Origin: Chiloscyllium plagiosum
Lineage: Eukaryota
Assembly: GCF_004010195.1 (NCBI RefSeq)
Contig: NC_057718.1
Coordinates: 51,592,373-51,656,372 of the forward strand
Direction of reading: 5' to 3'
DNA length: 64,000 nt
Shown here: positions 40,590-52,354 of the stretch, one piece after another
How the letters are laid out: the number at the start of each line of letters is the position of its first letter
Numbering within the stretch: the stretch's first letter is position 1
Translations under genes and position numbers: made by a program
The notes under the pieces: generated by a model
Database searches by the model: none
Seen by the model: only the letters and a program-made list of their open reading frames with translations
What the model was told of the DNA's origin: nothing

Positions 40590-40819
40590 CCTTATAAAAT
40601 TTGAGCTGAAAATGTGCTGCTGGAAAAGCGCAGCAGGTCAGGCAGCATCCAAGGAGCAGGAGAATCGAGGTTTCGGGCATGAGCCCTTCTTCAGGATTCC
40701 GAAACATCGATTCTCCTGCTCCTTGGATGCTGCCTGACCTGCTGCGCTTTTCCAGCAACACATTTTCAGCTCTGATCTCCAGCATCTGCAGTCCTCACTT
40801 TCTCCTTATAAAATTTGAG
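40590..40819. mobile_element. Fold-back Penelope-derived insertion with minus-strand hammerhead and 16-bp TSD
   Basis: TSD CCTTATAAAATTTGAG at 40590-40605 and 40804-40819; arms about 40603-40675 and 40699-40772 are reverse complements; minus strand GAATC-CTGAAGA-A-GGGC-TCAT-GCCC-GAAAC-CTC-GATTC (40699-40662). Confidence 0.9.
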
Positions 40820-40877
40820 TCAAAAAATAAGCTGGAGAAAAAAGAAACTCCGAAGGCTGAAAAAAAAAAGGAAGATT

Positions 40878-41050
40878 TCATAGAACATAGAACGTTACAG
40901 CATAGTACAGGCCCTTCAGCCCTTGATGTTGCGCCGACCTGTGAAATTAATCTAATGCCCATCTGACCTACAACGTTCCATTATTATCCATATGTATGTC
41001 CAAAGCCCATTTAAATGCCCTTAATGTCAGCAAGTCTACCACTGTTGCAC
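40878..41050 (-). mobile_element. CR1 LINE 3' tail
   Basis: CATAGAACATAGAAC..CAGGCCCTTCAGCCCTTGATGTTGCGCCGACC; same family as 11533. Confidence 0.8.
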
Positions 41051-42574
41051 TTCAATTGCAGGGCTACAGAGCGGGAACTCTTTGAAGGCCAGCCACAAAT
41101 CTGTCATGACCTGGAGAGCTAAAGTACAGGATGAGAACCCAAATACTAAATCAGATCAAACACAGAAGCACTGTACTTTAACCTCAAAATAAATAGTGCA
41201 ATCATACAGGCAGTGTACAGTTGGTGATCCAAGAATCAATTGTAATGGATTGATATCATCAAGCAGGGTGTTGCTAGGTTGAAGGATGCATTGAGGCTGT
41301 ATAGAATTGATGTGAGGAATGAGAAGTATCAGACTTTCCTCAAACCAAGGAGGGTTTAATGAGAAACTCCAATTCATTAAGCAGCCAGAAATTAGAGCCC
41401 CAAACTATTCAATGATGCAAGGATAAATCAGGGATTCTTCAGACATATTTTGGATGGGTAGGCCACAAGATGGTATTGCCATGCTCACAAACACACAGCA
41501 AAATACTAAAAGAGTATTATCAACATTATCAGCCACATTAGATTGTATGAGATTGGGTCAAAACTGAACGACATTCACAACGAATGACGAGCAGGGGGAT
41601 CCGAGTGCCATAAGTGTGGACAGTTACAACATCGAGAATATTTTCTAATAAGAGAACCGTCAAAAGCATTGCAAAAGGAAAACATCCCAAGAAACAGAAA
41701 TTATGCAACAAGGAAGAGTTTCAAGAAGTTAAAGTCACAGAACGAGAGGTGAAGACAATTTTTACGGGTGAGATGAAAGAGAGTCTAAACAGGCTTGGGA
41801 TTATCACCTTGAAAGTACAAGTGTTTGAAAACAGAATTTAGATTCAACCCAGGAGCAGCTGCCTCAATGCTGGCAGACGGCTTGCTATGTTGAAGAGTGT
41901 CAACTGACCAAGAGTCAGACCAGCTAACATACAATTCCAAAATCCACAACGCACTGATCTTAGGCTGCATGGGCAAATGATCACAAAGCTGAGTCACAGA
42001 GGACAAAATATCAGACATTTCATAGACTGAGAACTCAGAAAGCTTCACAGATGGGAAGAAATGCAAATATTTGTCAATGTGTTTTTAATGGAGTGGAGGT
42101 ACCTGAAATGGAAACCAAACGTATTTTGAGGTTGAAGCAAACTGGTTCAGCAAAATCACATTTCTCTACAAGGAGATGTTAAACCCACCTTTTCGCACAC
42201 CCTCAGGAAAATTCCTTATCCTTTGCCTCTCTGCATCATGTCCTGCTCAGTCCTAATCTTTGTGTTTGTTGATCCATATTAATCCAATCTATCAACATCT
42301 CAACTTAAAATGTTTCAACTTTGTTTTTAAATTCTTCTTTGGTCTGTGCCGTGCCTACATCTGTAATTGCCTCTAGTTTTACAACTTTCTGAAATACCTG
42401 AACTCCTCTAACTCTGGCCTCTTCTGTATCTTAATTTTCATCACTTGGACAAGTTGGCCATATATTTGGCTGCCTGGGCCCTATGTTCTTGAATTACCTC
42501 TCTCCAGCTCTCTATAACTCCATCTTTCACTGCTCTTTTACGGCTGTGTACTCAGCCCTTTACTATAAACTGAT

Positions 42575-42830
42575 AGATTCATATGCCATGGAAACAGACC
42601 CTTTGGTCCAACCACTGCACAGTGGCTGTGTTGCCAGACTAAACTAAGTCACACCTGCCTGCATTTGGCCCATATCCCTCCAAACCTTTCCCATTCATGA
42701 ACTTACCCAAATGTCTTTTAAACATTGTAACTATACCCATAAACTACTCTCTATGTAAAAATGTTGCACCTCATGTCCTTCTTAAATCTTTCTCCTCTCA
42801 CTTTACACTGCCTAGTTTTGAACTTCCTCA
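42575..42830 (-). mobile_element. CR1 LINE 3' tail
   Basis: GGAAACAGACCCTTTGGTCCAAC..CCATATCCCTCCAAACCTTTCC; same family as 553. Confidence 0.75.
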
Positions 42831-42924
42831 TACATTCAAGACTGTACGACCAAATTCAACTCTAGCTCCATTTACAAATTTGCTCTTGACACCACCGTAA
42901 TGGGTCAGACCTCAAGCAAACGAT

Positions 42925-43310
42925 GGGACAGAGTACAGGAAAGAGATAGAGAATTTAGTGGCATGGTGGAAAGACAACAATCTCTCCCTCGATGTCAGCA
43001 AAACGAAGGAACTGGTCATCGACTTCAGGAAGTGGAGTGGAGGGCACAGCCCTGACTATATCAATGGTGTTGAGGTGGAGGTGATTGAAGGTTTCAAATT
43101 CCTAGGAGTAAATATCACCAACAATTTGATCTGGTCCATCCATGTTGACATTATAATCAAGAAAGCACACCGATGCCTCAACTTCCTCAGCAGGCTAAGG
43201 AAATTCGACATGTCCACAATGACTCTAACCAATTTTTAAGAGATGCAACATAGAAAGCATTCTATCCGGATGCATGATAGCTTGCTTTGGTGACTGTTCT
43301 GTTCCAGTTC
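42925..43310 (+). mobile_element. Rex1/Babar-clade non-LTR retrotransposon RT C-terminal fragment
   Basis: ORF WWKDNNLSLDVSKTKELVIDFRK..INGVEVEVIEGFKFLGVNITNNLIWS..KKAHRCLNFLSRLRKF. Confidence 0.8.
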
Positions 43311-43614
43311 CATAGCTCAATTGTCATCCTCATGGGCAAAGCAAGAACACCCATCAGTCAAATCTAGCCTATGATATAAAACACCAGTGCAGGTTAAAAT
43401 AATTTTTTGGACATTCTACCTGAATTTGAAAACACAAAATAGCCAGAGCAAATCCTGTGAGGCAGTGATTGGTCTGAAGAGATCTGATAAGTCCAAGACT
43501 CAGTACAGGGTAAGAATATTAGAAGATAATTCTTAAGGAGTACCCCATCATTCTGTTTGTTTTGAAAAGATGCAGAAATTCTGCTGTATTGGAGAATAGG
43601 TCACAGTCCCTTAC

Positions 43615-43805
43615 CTTTCAGATCGAGATTTCTGGCTCCGACTGTGTTTTGCGTGATGAGTTTGGAGTTAATCTTCACAGTGTGCAAGTTGTTCATGTCC
43701 CGCGAAATCAGCACATTGTGCCATTTATTGTCATTCAGTGGTTTGTCAGAGTTCCCTTTAATGAGGGAAGGGCCAGTACCTAAATCGAATACATAGTGTA
43801 AGTAC
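43615..43805 (-). CDS. NRXN1: Alpha-neurexin exon C, 191 nt; LNS5
   Basis: [74 protein letters not shown] and GARNLDLK are NRXN1-type. Acceptor TTCTTCCCTCCACAG|G, donor AAAG|GTAAGG; phase 2-1. Confidence 0.96.
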
Positions 43806-44360
43806 CTGTGGAGGGAAGAAATAAGGAAGTCAGTTATTATCAAAGATGCTGGGGTAGAATCATGTTGGTTTACTTTACAATAAAAATCTCCAAAAGAAGT
43901 TTGGTTTGTTGGGGGTTTTGGGTGGGGGGGGGGAAAAGAGGGCAGAACAGGAAAGTTTTTAATCAGACAGGAGAGCAGTGGACGAAGGTATTGCCAGCTT
44001 CTCATCTCCACCCTGATTAATTCTGGAGAAGAGAGGCTCTTGGGTGACCTTCCATCCCCACTGTCAAATAAGGCCCTGAAGTAGGTAATTATTACCCACT
44101 TAAAGGCCTCATATACCCTTACTGCTGATATTCACCAGCAGCAGATGGAGTATTTGCCATGTGGGAAACCTTAAAACCTTAAAACTTCCAGTGTGCCCAC
44201 TTACTCAAAGGTGCTATGTTCCTAACCTAGCAATGGAAAGGAAGTGTCTGCTAAGAGGCAGCTCCTCCCCTTCTGGTCGACCCAAGTCCCTTGCAAACTC
44301 CACCCCAACATTATTTACGTGTTCCCTGGATCCTTCAAGGATTCTAAGCCTCAGGTGGAC

Positions 44361-44586
44361 ACACTGCTAGTAGCAGGAGAAAGTGAGGACGCAGATGCTG
44401 GAGATCATAGTCGAAAAGTGTGGTGCTGGAAAAACACAGCCGGTCAGGCAGAATCCGAGGAGCAGGAGAGTCGACGTTTTGAGCATAACCTCTTCATTAG
44501 GTTATGCTCGACTCTCCTGCTCCTCAGATGCTGCCTGGCCGGCTGTGCCTTTCCAGCACCACGTTTTTCGACACTGCTAGTAGCAG
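44361..44586. mobile_element. Fold-back Penelope-derived insertion with decayed hammerhead and 16-bp TSD
   Basis: TSD ACACTGCTAGTAGCAG at 44361-44376 and 44571-44586; inverted arms; minus strand CTAATGA-A-GAGG-TTAT-GCTC-AAAAC-GTC. Confidence 0.88.
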
Positions 44587-45087
44587 TCACCTGTCTTGCT
44601 GGCACTGTTGGCCTCTGATTGTTTGCCAGCTCTCAGGAGTTAGGATCTCCATCTGCTGGATCTCAGGGGAGGACTGCAGCTTCCCAGAGAAATGCCAAGT
44701 TGGACATTAACTCAGTGGGCTTGTCAACAGGGAGATGCAGAGTTCTTCCTGGCTCTTCATCCAGTGGGAGATACCTTCGTCAATCCAATTAAATACCACT
44801 CATTCTGTCCTCCAGTTCATGCATCTTAAATGCAAAATGATTCGTACCACAGTGTAATTCTCAGCTACCTAATTATGCAAGAATCTATACATAGGTCAGT
44901 TGTTTTCCTACACACTTCCAGCAGATAAAGTTCTGGATATAGATGCAAATTTTGCTAAATATTAGTATTGGGAAACATAATTATGATGAAAACTATATTG
45001 ACAATAATGTATGCAAACATAACTCCCAAACGTAATTTCAGATTTTGCACATATGCTGTACTTGAAATGTAATCAGTCCAACCATAC

Positions 45088-45469
45088 CCTTTAACAAGTT
45101 CAATCACAATGAAATCATTGCCATCTCCACTGTTGAACAGTATCAGTCCATCAGCTGATGTTGTCTTGAATTGGAAGAACAGATGCATGGAGGTGTAGGC
45201 TTGCAATGTGGACAGTGCTACATAGCTGGATTTTGTCTTGAAGGTCACAGGATCAGCAATAATATTTTTTAAACCAAATCTAGCATTGAGCTCACAGTAG
45301 TCAATATCACCATTTTTGCACAAGTCAATGTAAGGCATGCCATTGAACATAAGACTCTGTAAATGGCCAATGAAATTTGAAGGGATGTTTGACATGTATC
45401 GTCTCTCCGTCACTATGCCTGTTTCAATGTTGTGGAATTCTAGACGAGTATGATCTCCTGTCATTTGAT
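45088..45469 (-). CDS. NRXN1: Alpha-neurexin exon B, 382 nt; end of LNS4 and start of LNS5
   Basis: [24 protein letters not shown]...[18 protein letters not shown]...[15 protein letters not shown]...[15 protein letters not shown]. Acceptor TTTCCTGTTTCAG|AT, donor AAAGG|GTATGG; phase 1-2, in frame with neighbouring exons. Confidence 0.97.
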
Positions 45470-46909
45470 CTGAAACAGGAAAGAAACAATAGGATATATA
45501 AAAACCACTTCATATTCAAAAGTACACAGGAACAAATGCAATACATGTTCATGAAGAAGCTTACCACTATTTATTGTCTAAATTCCATTTAACTCACCTC
45601 ATTCTAAATACCTGCACCCATTAATTATAAAACAATTTGTTTTAAGTTACATTGGACAATGTTCAATAATTTTCCCAAAAGGACTCCAGTCCTTTACTAG
45701 ATTTAACAATGATAATACAAGATTTTTTCCATAACATGCACTTATTAATTATTTGTTGCTGCAAATTGTTATGCTATCCAGCAGATGGCGGCATTTACAC
45801 ACTAATGATTTTGACCAAATGAACAAACCCTTTCTATCATCAGACAGAAGAAGAAAACAATTTATAATCTATCATAATGAAATACATAGGCACAAGCATT
45901 CACCAGCACCTAATGTTTACAAAAACGTTACTATCAGCAGAGAGGAATAACAAAATATCTCACTGTTACTGCATTTTGCTTATTACTTATATCTTGCAGT
46001 ATTTTTTTTGTAAAACCTCTATTTCATTCCATCAAAGTGATAAATATTTTCAATAAATGAAAAGTAAACTAAGTACATATTTTCATTCATCAGCAATCAT
46101 TCTATTAGGAATAAAGAAAATACATTGGTTAAAGGAATTAACTTTTTTACAGGAACATGATAACAAACTGAAGGTGGTTCAAACATTATCTTTAAAAAGT
46201 GCATAAATCAGATGTCACAATCATAAAATATATCTTCGCACAGGCTAGAATCTTGAAATGTCTTTTTTTGTAATGCATGTCTCAGTTTCATATTGACAAA
46301 TACTGAGATTGCTTTAATGAAATGTATTTTGAGAACTAAGTATTTAAATTGTGCTAAATTGCACTCCAATACTTCAGAGAGTGGCAGAGGTACTGCAATG
46401 TCAATCGAGATCAAAATTATAAGGTTAGTGCTTGAGAACACACTAACTGTGGGGCTAATTGATCTCACAACTGTCAAAATGTGTTACAGCAGAAGTGAGA
46501 AAGACAGGGCGATATCAGTCCCTGGATTCTGGGTAAATGCTGACACTTTAGTGAGCAATAAAAATCAATTTAACCTTGTGGTACCTTCTGGAGCTTTTGT
46601 AATTGAGCAGTGACTGTAAGTATTTTCACTCAGACTTCTTCTATCCTTGAATAGTAACTCAAAACCATGAATATATCCATGACAGGTACTAATGTTTCTT
46701 TAACTAAATTCATCCTGAGTGTGAGGCTTGTTTATTTTTGAGTAATAATTTTATATCTCTGGGGCTCAGTTAGCTCAGTTGGCTGAGGGACTAGACTGTT
46801 GTGCAGAATAAAGTTATGTATGGGCTATGGTAGTTGATAGAGGTCTGCTCTCACTGCTCGCCCCACACTTGTGGAATAGATCCCCTCAAGTTATATATAT
46901 CATGAAATG

Positions 46910-47181
46910 ATTAGATTAGATTACTTACATTGTTGAAACAGGCCCTTTCTGCCCCACAAGTCCACAACGACCCTCTGAAGAGTAACCCACCCAGACCCAT
47001 TCCCCTACATTTACCCCTTCATCTAACACTATGGGCGATTTAGCACAGCCAATTCACCTAACCTGTACATTTTTGGACTGTGGGAGGAAACCAGAGCACC
47101 CAGAGGAAACCCACGCAGACACGGGAAGAATGTGCAAACTTCACACAGACAGTTGCCTGAGTGCTAACCACTGTGCCACCA
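46910..47181 (-). mobile_element. HE1-type V-SINE with internal deletion in the head
   Basis: V-domain (ORF LDCGRKPEHPEETHADTGRMCKLH) and (AATCT)n tail. Confidence 0.88.
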
Positions 47182-49029
47182 TTCACCTCTGGTCCTTTAT
47201 TGATGCTGGTTCCTTACAAACTTACATTTTTGCCTCTGTTAAACAGTGAAGGATGCCACTTTTGACCTCAGAATGAGGATTAAGCATAACCAAAAGATTC
47301 TCATTTCCCATCTCATGTTGTTGCTTTAATTACAATGTCAGTGAATCACCCTGTGCTGTATTCCACCAGTTGCCCTTTGCCTTGACATTGACTGCCCAAC
47401 ATAAATGCAGCTCTTGGAGTATGGTGGGGGCAGGATGAGTGGGGTATATTTTAAACTCTGGTTGGCAGTATTATAAATCTGTCATATGACATGCAGTTAG
47501 TGGCCTGGCCCAAAGCTGCAAAGTTACAGCTGGGTCTGCCTCTGGTGATCCAGCAGCTGTGGTTATACTTTACGTGACTCGGGCAATTAGTGACCTGAAG
47601 ATGTGGTTCTGCCCCTCTGAGGCGGGGGCTGGCAACTGCAAGCTGTATTAGTGGACGAGACGGTGAGATGGAAGAGAGTGAACTCCATCCCAGAACACCC
47701 TTCCCGGCCAATCCAGCTGTTGAATAAGGTGAAATTTGTGCCCTCTATGTGGGTTCCCAACCCACATCTATGTGAAAGAGTTGGTTACTTGACCAATAGC
47801 TTTGCAATCGAGGCATAGAGCAGGAGGGCAATGTCGCACAAGTAGCCAGTGTCTGTGATATTAAAGGGGCAGCTGGTAACATCCTGCATGCATTGGTCAA
47901 CATCATACATTTGACAAGGAGAAAAAGAGGACTATGTATCGTGGAGGGAAGCTGTGTATCTCACTGGAGGAGAGTCCTAAATATATTTTTCCACCTGAAG
48001 AGAGTAACTAGCAAGGTTTCTTATCAAAGGTAAAGGGATTATTCAGCAAGGAAGGTATCACGTTATCAGGCCAAACTAACTCATGACAGGACAAGGAGGC
48101 CCACATGCAACTCATGGCCGAGGAGAGCTCATGTTGGTGAGGGCACTGCCCACTCGCCCATGCAGCTGCCAGAGACAAAGAAATGGAGTTGGCATCTGGG
48201 ATGGCAGTTAAAGGATTGAAGGTCTAGATGCTGAATCCCAGTGGGTATGATGAGTCCCTGGAGTATCTATAAGGACAAATATCCAGCAGGACCTGCTTGG
48301 AGATGTGGCTGGGTTATGAGAGGATTTGTGTGCAATGGCAAGGATTTCAGAAGTGACCATCTGGAATATTGCATTGATCCAGTCGTCAGAGTGCTCTGTC
48401 TCTGCTGTGGTGAGGCTGGTGACTGTCTTGGAGAGCCAGATCCAACTGATTATAGGAGCACTGAGGGGTGCCATGACCTGTAGCCCATCACCCTGGCTGG
48501 ATTCTCAGGAGGTGGAACCAGGGCCACAGGGGCACTAGGATTCTGGACACATGACTTTGTCTCTCTCAGGTACCATGGAGGTACCATCAGCAGGTGGTGC
48601 CACCTGGAGGTTCCTCTCAAGGTGCTTCAGATGAAGTCATATTTCCCTGCATTAATCTGCAATTGACCCAATCACAGTTTGTTTCTGCAGAGGCAGGAGA
48701 TATCTGAGCTTGAGCAGTATCCAAGGCTGGTCCTTCATGGTCAAAGCAGATTAGAGAACAGCATGCAAATCTATCCAGCACAGGACATGAAAGCAAATCT
48801 AAACAGCACCATCAATAATCACAAGTTGGTGTTTTGTTGTTCTTCAATCGTCCCAAACTGTGAGGGGAGTTCTGTCCGGGAAATGTTTGTTTTATTCACA
48901 TCAGATGTATATTCATAGCTTTATTAATGCTTGAAGATGGAGAATAAATATGAAATTATTAGTAGCAGATAATTCAAGATGTTAAAATGGATGTTGGATG
49001 AATTTGGGTAAAGTGTGGCTATTGTGAAT

Positions 49030-49520
49030 TATAATGTGAATATTCTTTCTTTAGAAGGTGACGTGGTGACAGTGCAGTTAGACTGCAGGCTGTCCAGATC
49101 GGTACAATGTGTCTTCTCCTGAAACATTTGCACTACTAATACATCATGTGTCTCACGGCTATCAAGGTCCTTGCAGGGCCCTTCATCTCTCCTGTGGTGG
49201 TCTGTCAATGCCCTTGGGGAGTTAATCAGAGGATTCAATGTCATTTTGTGGTTTCTCTTCCTCCATGGTATCCCCTCTGTGCAAGGCACAGATGTATCCC
49301 TATCCCTCAGCAGCTCAATTTCCAAAGCATCGTGCCCATTGATCCAGCCTAGCACCTCATGGTTCTTCAACATCCATGGGTCATGACAGCAGCCTGAATA
49401 CCTGGCACATACTTGCAGCATTTGGAATTGATGGTCACACACTAATTGGACATTCACAGAATGAAAAGCTTTCCTGTTGGTGAATGCTCAGGGCTAGCCT
49501 GCTGCTGGTTTCTTTGATTA
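49030..49520 (-). mobile_element. PIF/Harbinger transposase (HARBI1-type DDE) relic
   Basis: Minus-strand translation AFTNRKAFHSVNVQLVCDHQFQMLQVCARYSGCCHDPWML matches Harbinger NRKGFHSxNVQxVCD..ARxPGSxHD. Flanking GC-richer 47800-51250 may belong to the same element. Confidence 0.8.
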
Positions 49521-49724
49521 TGTGATAGCCAGTCTACGAAAGTTCTTGTGAAGCTTGTAATCACAAAGAAAAACTCCTCCAGCTGTTTCAGACAGGCTAT
49601 TGTGGTTCATTGTGAATTCACTAAATTGTTCAGCACATCTGGCTGTTTAAGCCACAGCAAGTGTAGTTCTGGAATCGACGTTATAGAGGGACCTGATAAC
49701 ACAGGAGAGGATGCAGAGGAGTTT

Positions 49725-50040
49725 TACTAGGATGTTGCCTGAGTTACAGAGTTTTAGTTATTAAGACAGAATGGACAGACTGGGTTTGTTTACCTTGAAG
49801 CAGAGGAGACTCAGGGAGGAACATGATTGAGATGTATGAAATCATGCGAGACATGAATAAAGTAGACAGGAAGGAACTTTTCTTGTTGGTAGAGGTATAA
49901 ATGATCAGGGGCATAGACTTAAACTAGGGGCAGGAGGTTTAGAGGAAACATGTGGAAAAATATTTCACTGATGGTGGAAATCCAAAATTAACTGTGGGTA
50001 GGAGAGGCAGAAACCCTGATAATTTTGAAGAAATTGCTAG
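49725..50040 (+). mobile_element. CR1 LINE 3' fragment
   Basis: TTTACTAGGATGTTGCCTGAG (FTRMLP), GAACATGATTGAGATGTATGAAATCATG. Confidence 0.7.
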
Positions 50041-51357
50041 AGGTAAAAAGAGATCATACAGGAGCTCTGGAGAGTATCCATCTTGCTTGGCACTTGGAAA
50101 TTTGCAACCAATTCATTTAATTTTTGTAAATTTAGTTGGCTACACAACGCCTCTCGCACACCTTTGAGGGACCATCAGCCTATCCTCTGTTGACCCTTCA
50201 CCCTGTACATTGAGGGCAACATTGACCCCTTCAGGTCAATACAACAGCTGTGCTTCTCTCCTTCTCATTTGCCCGCTCCTTTTTACTGAGGTTTGGTCTC
50301 CTGTATGTAAAAATACTTCTATCCCACTTCTGGAATACCTCACAGAATGAAGTACTAACGAGACAACAACTATGAAGAGAAAGTAGCTGCAGGTTTCAAG
50401 TATCCTATACTCACACTAACAAGAAAAAACAGATTTTCAGCTAAACTTCCATTCAGAAGTGCTGAAGTCGACCAGCTGGCTAAACTGCTGAAGTGTGCCA
50501 TTGCTTCCAGCAGCTGCTTTTCAATCTGCCCTGACAAGGAAAGTGATTACAAGTAAAGTACCCAGCCAGGCTCCATCACACCCAGAGACCACATTGTAGC
50601 TGACTGCATATTTCTTTGCAGAAGATTGGCATCTTAATGAGCTGAAAAACTCCACTATTTTCAACATTTTGAGAGTGAGTTCCTGATTTCCTGGGCTGCT
50701 TGTCTGCTGTAATCCAGCCTTCCCATGTGACATTGCCAGGAATTCCCAGGTCGAGAAAATGTCCTCCAGAAGCTTCCTGAATGAGCAGCCAGACCACCAG
50801 AGTTGTGAATCTGTCAATCCGCATATCACATTGTAAATCAAATAACGCAGAAGATAAGTCACACTCTGTTCTTAAAGCACAAGATGTCATATTTGAATAA
50901 GTGTTCACTATCAGATTGGAAAGTTCAGAGGCATTTAATCAGACAGAGAAAGTTTATCTGTGTGTGTGTATGAGAATGGCTGAGTGAATAGTGAGTGGGA
51001 AGGATGTGAGAGGGAAGAGGATTGTTTTAGTCAGTAAGATGTTAAAAGCAAGTGAAGTAGGATAGAAGTGGTTGAGTGTGAGGGTTGCAGCTGGCTGTGG
51101 TAGCAGGCAGATGATCTGGGTAGTCAGGCCAGGAGGGATTATCAGGTTGGGGTGAGAGTCAGAGAGTTGAGGAACTGAATGGTGTTGATGAGTCAGCCAT
51201 AGTCGAGAGGTGGGTCAGGTCACATCTGCTTGGGAAGTCAGCACTGATGGGGTGTCAGGTGATCAGAGAGGGGCATTGTGGTTCTATAGTTACTGAGGAT
51301 TAAATTATGATTTTTCCATTGAACATTCCCAGGTTAACTGTTCAACTTTGTCAAAAA

Positions 51358-51520
51358 AAGAGAAAAAACTGTGGATGTTGAACATCTGAAACAAAAACAG
51401 AAATTGCTGGAGAAACTCAGCAGCATCAAACTGAAGGGTCACTGGACCCACAATGTTAACTCTGCTTTCTCTCCACAGATGCTGCCAGACTTGCTGCATT
51501 TCTCCAGCAATTTTGTTATT
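51358..51520. mobile_element. Older fold-back Penelope-derived insertion
   Basis: AAATTGCTGGAGAAACTCAGCA / TGCTGCATTTCTCCAGCAATTT inverted arms with decayed CTGAAGGGTCACTGGACCCACAATGTT between. Confidence 0.7.
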
Positions 51521-52124
51521 GATGGAGGAGAGTAAGTCAGAGCAGTTCACGATCCTCGACTCTAACTCAAAGCCAAAGGTACCTTCATAGGGGCTGTGGG
51601 GCAGAGCAGTTGCTGTTGGAATTTCCCCTCGAAATTCCCATGAAGTCAGTTCATTGGGACTTCCATGGATGTCTGGTGCCCATCTTGGATCAGATGTCTG
51701 GTCCAAAACTGGAAGATCTGGATTAGTTGTTTTAAGTTATTTTTAAAAGTAATAAAAGCATAGGAAGCTTTAGCGATGATATGTATGATGTAATGGCCAG
51801 TGAAATCAAAGCACCAGTCCACATGCTTTAAATTGTATTCATTAGAAATCAATGACTTGAACTCCCTGGATATTCAATACCTCAGAATTAAGCTGCTTGT
51901 CGGAAATTAACAGAAGAAATTTGCACAATGAAGAGGCAATTACATGAGAGTTACTAGTGAGTTTTTTTTGCATAACAATTTGAATAATCACTTGTATAAA
52001 TCCAATTGAAAACGTGTGCAACGAGCTAGAACTGCATGGAAATTGCAAATACAGCCATTAAAAAGACAATCCTGTCTGAACACCTCAGAATGAGACTGAG
52101 ATACAAAATGATATGGAAGAATAA

Positions 52125-52290
52125 AACAAAATTAACGATGGATGCTAAAGATCTGTAAGAAAAGCAGAAATTGCTGGAGGAACTCAGCAGGTCTGGCACC
52201 ATATGTGCAAAGAAAACAGGATTAATATCTTGACTCCAGAAGAAAGGTCACTGGACTCAAAACGTTAACACTGCTTTTTCCACACTGATG
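52125..52290. mobile_element. Older fold-back Penelope-derived insertion
   Basis: Antisense arm GAAATTGCTGGAGGAACTCAGCAGGTCTGGC, then decayed core CCAGAAGAAAGGTCACTGGACTCAAAACGTT and a short sense arm. Confidence 0.65.
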
Positions 52291-52354
52291 AAATGGAGGA
52301 TGAAGTGTTTGTGGTCTTCATTTAACTTTCGGATTACTTCATTGCTTAGTGAAA

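Noticed and set aside
41050..42110. Retroelement gag-like relic
   Set aside because: Purine-rich and coding-like, but no motif I can name with confidence.
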